Assembly: GCA_033762915.1 (NCBI GenBank)
Contig: JANRLD010000075.1
Location: forward strand, 14,276-78,275
DNA length: 64,000 nt
Direction of reading: 5' to 3'
Source: Meiothermus sp.
Lineage (GTDB): Bacteria; Deinococcota; Deinococci; Deinococcales; Thermaceae
Made by a program: the position numbers and the translations under genes. Shown here one piece after another: positions 62,900 to 64,000 of this stretch (its first letter is position 1; each line of letters starts with the position of its first letter). Below the pieces are notes generated by a model. It was not told the origin of the DNA, ran no database searches, and worked only from the letters and a program-made list of their open reading frames with translations.

Positions 62900-63751
62900 T
62901 CACCCGCCGATCTCGGTCTCCCGGTTGAGCGCACCCACCCGGTGCTCGAGCTGCCGCAGGGCGTAGTCGACAAAGGTCTCGAGCTGTAGCCCGAAGGGCA
63001 TGGGATGGTGGGCGCCAAAGATCTCCTGCACCACCCCCATGGCGTCGGGGATAAGGTCGTTCATGCGCTCGTCGAAGACGCCCCGGAGTTCGGGGTGCCG
63101 GGCCAACAGGCCGCGCAGGGTGTGGAGGCCATAGGCGATGTGGCGGGCCTCGTCGGTCTGGACGTGGGTAATGCCCTGCCGCAGCCCGGGCATTAGGTCG
63201 CGGCGCTCGAGGGCCTCGCGGTAGGCTTTGTAACCCGTCTCGGCCAGAATGCCCTCGACAATCATGTTGTAGGTGGTGAGGGCCACCAGCTCGGCCTGGG
63301 CACTGCCGTCGGCGATGAGTGCGTTCATGGCGCTGGGCAGCGCGTCGTGGAAGATGCGCCGGTAGCACTCGCCGTGGTAGTGCGAGAGGTCGGGGGAGGG
63401 GTTGCCGGAGGTCATGACCTCGAGGTTGTGCCGGTCGAAGAACTCGGCGTGCTTGGCCTCCTCGAAGGTCCAGGTAGCCACATACAGCGAGTCCTCGTAG
63501 CGGCCCGCCCTGGCCACGTGCAACAAAAAGGGCGCGAGGTCGAGCGCAACGGCTTCCTCGCCGCCCGCGAACAGCGCCGAGAGGTGCCGCAGGGTGTCCT
63601 GCTCTTGGTCGGTGAGGCCTTCCCAGTCCCGCCGGTCCTGAGAAAAGTCCAGGTCCTGGGGGTTCCAGAAGTTGCGCTTGGACTTGTGGTACAGCCCCGC
63701 TACGAACCGATCTGCTTCCCGCTCGGGGTGGCTGGTGCTGAACTGGCGCAT
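62900..63751 (-). CDS. R2-like ligand-binding oxidase (R2lox, ferritin-like)
   Basis: [24 protein letters not shown]. Confidence 0.85.
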   Translation of the reverse strand: MRQFSTSHPEREADRFVAGLYHKSKRNFWNPQDLDFSQDRRDWEGLTDQEQDTLRHLSALFAGGEEAVALDLAPFLLHVARAGRYEDSLYVATWTFEEAKHAEFFDRHNLEVMTSGNPSPDLSHYHGECYRRIFHDALPSAMNALIADGSAQAELVALTTYNMIVEGILAETGYKAYREALERRDLMPGLRQGITHVQTDEARHIAYGLHTLRGLLARHPELRGVFDERMNDLIPDAMGVVQEIFGAHHPMPFGLQLETFVDYALRQLEHRVGALNRETEIGG

Positions 63752-63871
63752 GGGCTAAGGATATCAGACGGACGAGGGGAAACAGAACGAGGGCAGTTGA
63801 CACAGGCAGGGCAACCGCAAAGTCGGGTTTTTGGGAGCAACTCCGAAAGCCAGCAGGCATAACCATGAAGT

Positions 63872-63993
63872 CCACCCCTACAGCGTAGGGGTGGGTAGGG
63901 CGGGGTTTGTTCCGCGCTGACTCATGTATTCGCTGACTGAATGGGCGACCTCGGAACAGACCCCTCCAACCTCCCCTACGCTGTAGGGGAGGC
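63872..63993. repeat. Pair of related GC palindromes in inverted orientation
   Basis: CCACCCCTACAGCGTAGGGGTGG and CCTCCCCTACGCTGTAGGGGAGG. Confidence 0.6.
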
Positions 63994-64000
63994 TTTAAGG

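Overview
GC-rich chromosomal window, probably from a Meiothermus-like member of the Thermaceae (Deinococcota). This is inferred from gene content, very frequent CTCGAG and many apparently leaderless genes. Housekeeping genes at both ends: ruvC, GcvT-like dehydrogenase, azoR, rnj, pnp, ApaG, a sugar ABC transporter with ROK repressor, pta, dxr, rseP, mqnC, dgt, S10 peptidase, peptide SBP, IscA, MenG/UbiE and R2lox. They flank an accessory region at about 12.9-37 kb. Main observations: (1) An island of secreted lipoprotein genes with two SARP/BTAD regulators. Eight promoters carry heptamer direct repeats at an 11-bp period, always 8 bp before a -10 box, in two sequence families. (2) Four small secreted ORFs in that island carry 8-14 aa segments that resemble conserved motifs of T6SS Hcp, contractile-injection tube protein, Afp15-type AAA ATPase and prepilin helices. 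This is the strongest candidate for an undescribed system. (3) A NACHT-repeat-CHAT NLR-like gene broken by one in-frame stop, beside a Trypco1-like gene and a motif-less HEPN-like gene. (4) A structured RNA of about 270 nt upstream of pnp with raiA-motif-like elements. (5) A frameshifted GIY-YIG nuclease with REP-like flanks, and a MITE-like repeat family. All family assignments come from motif recognition, not database searches.
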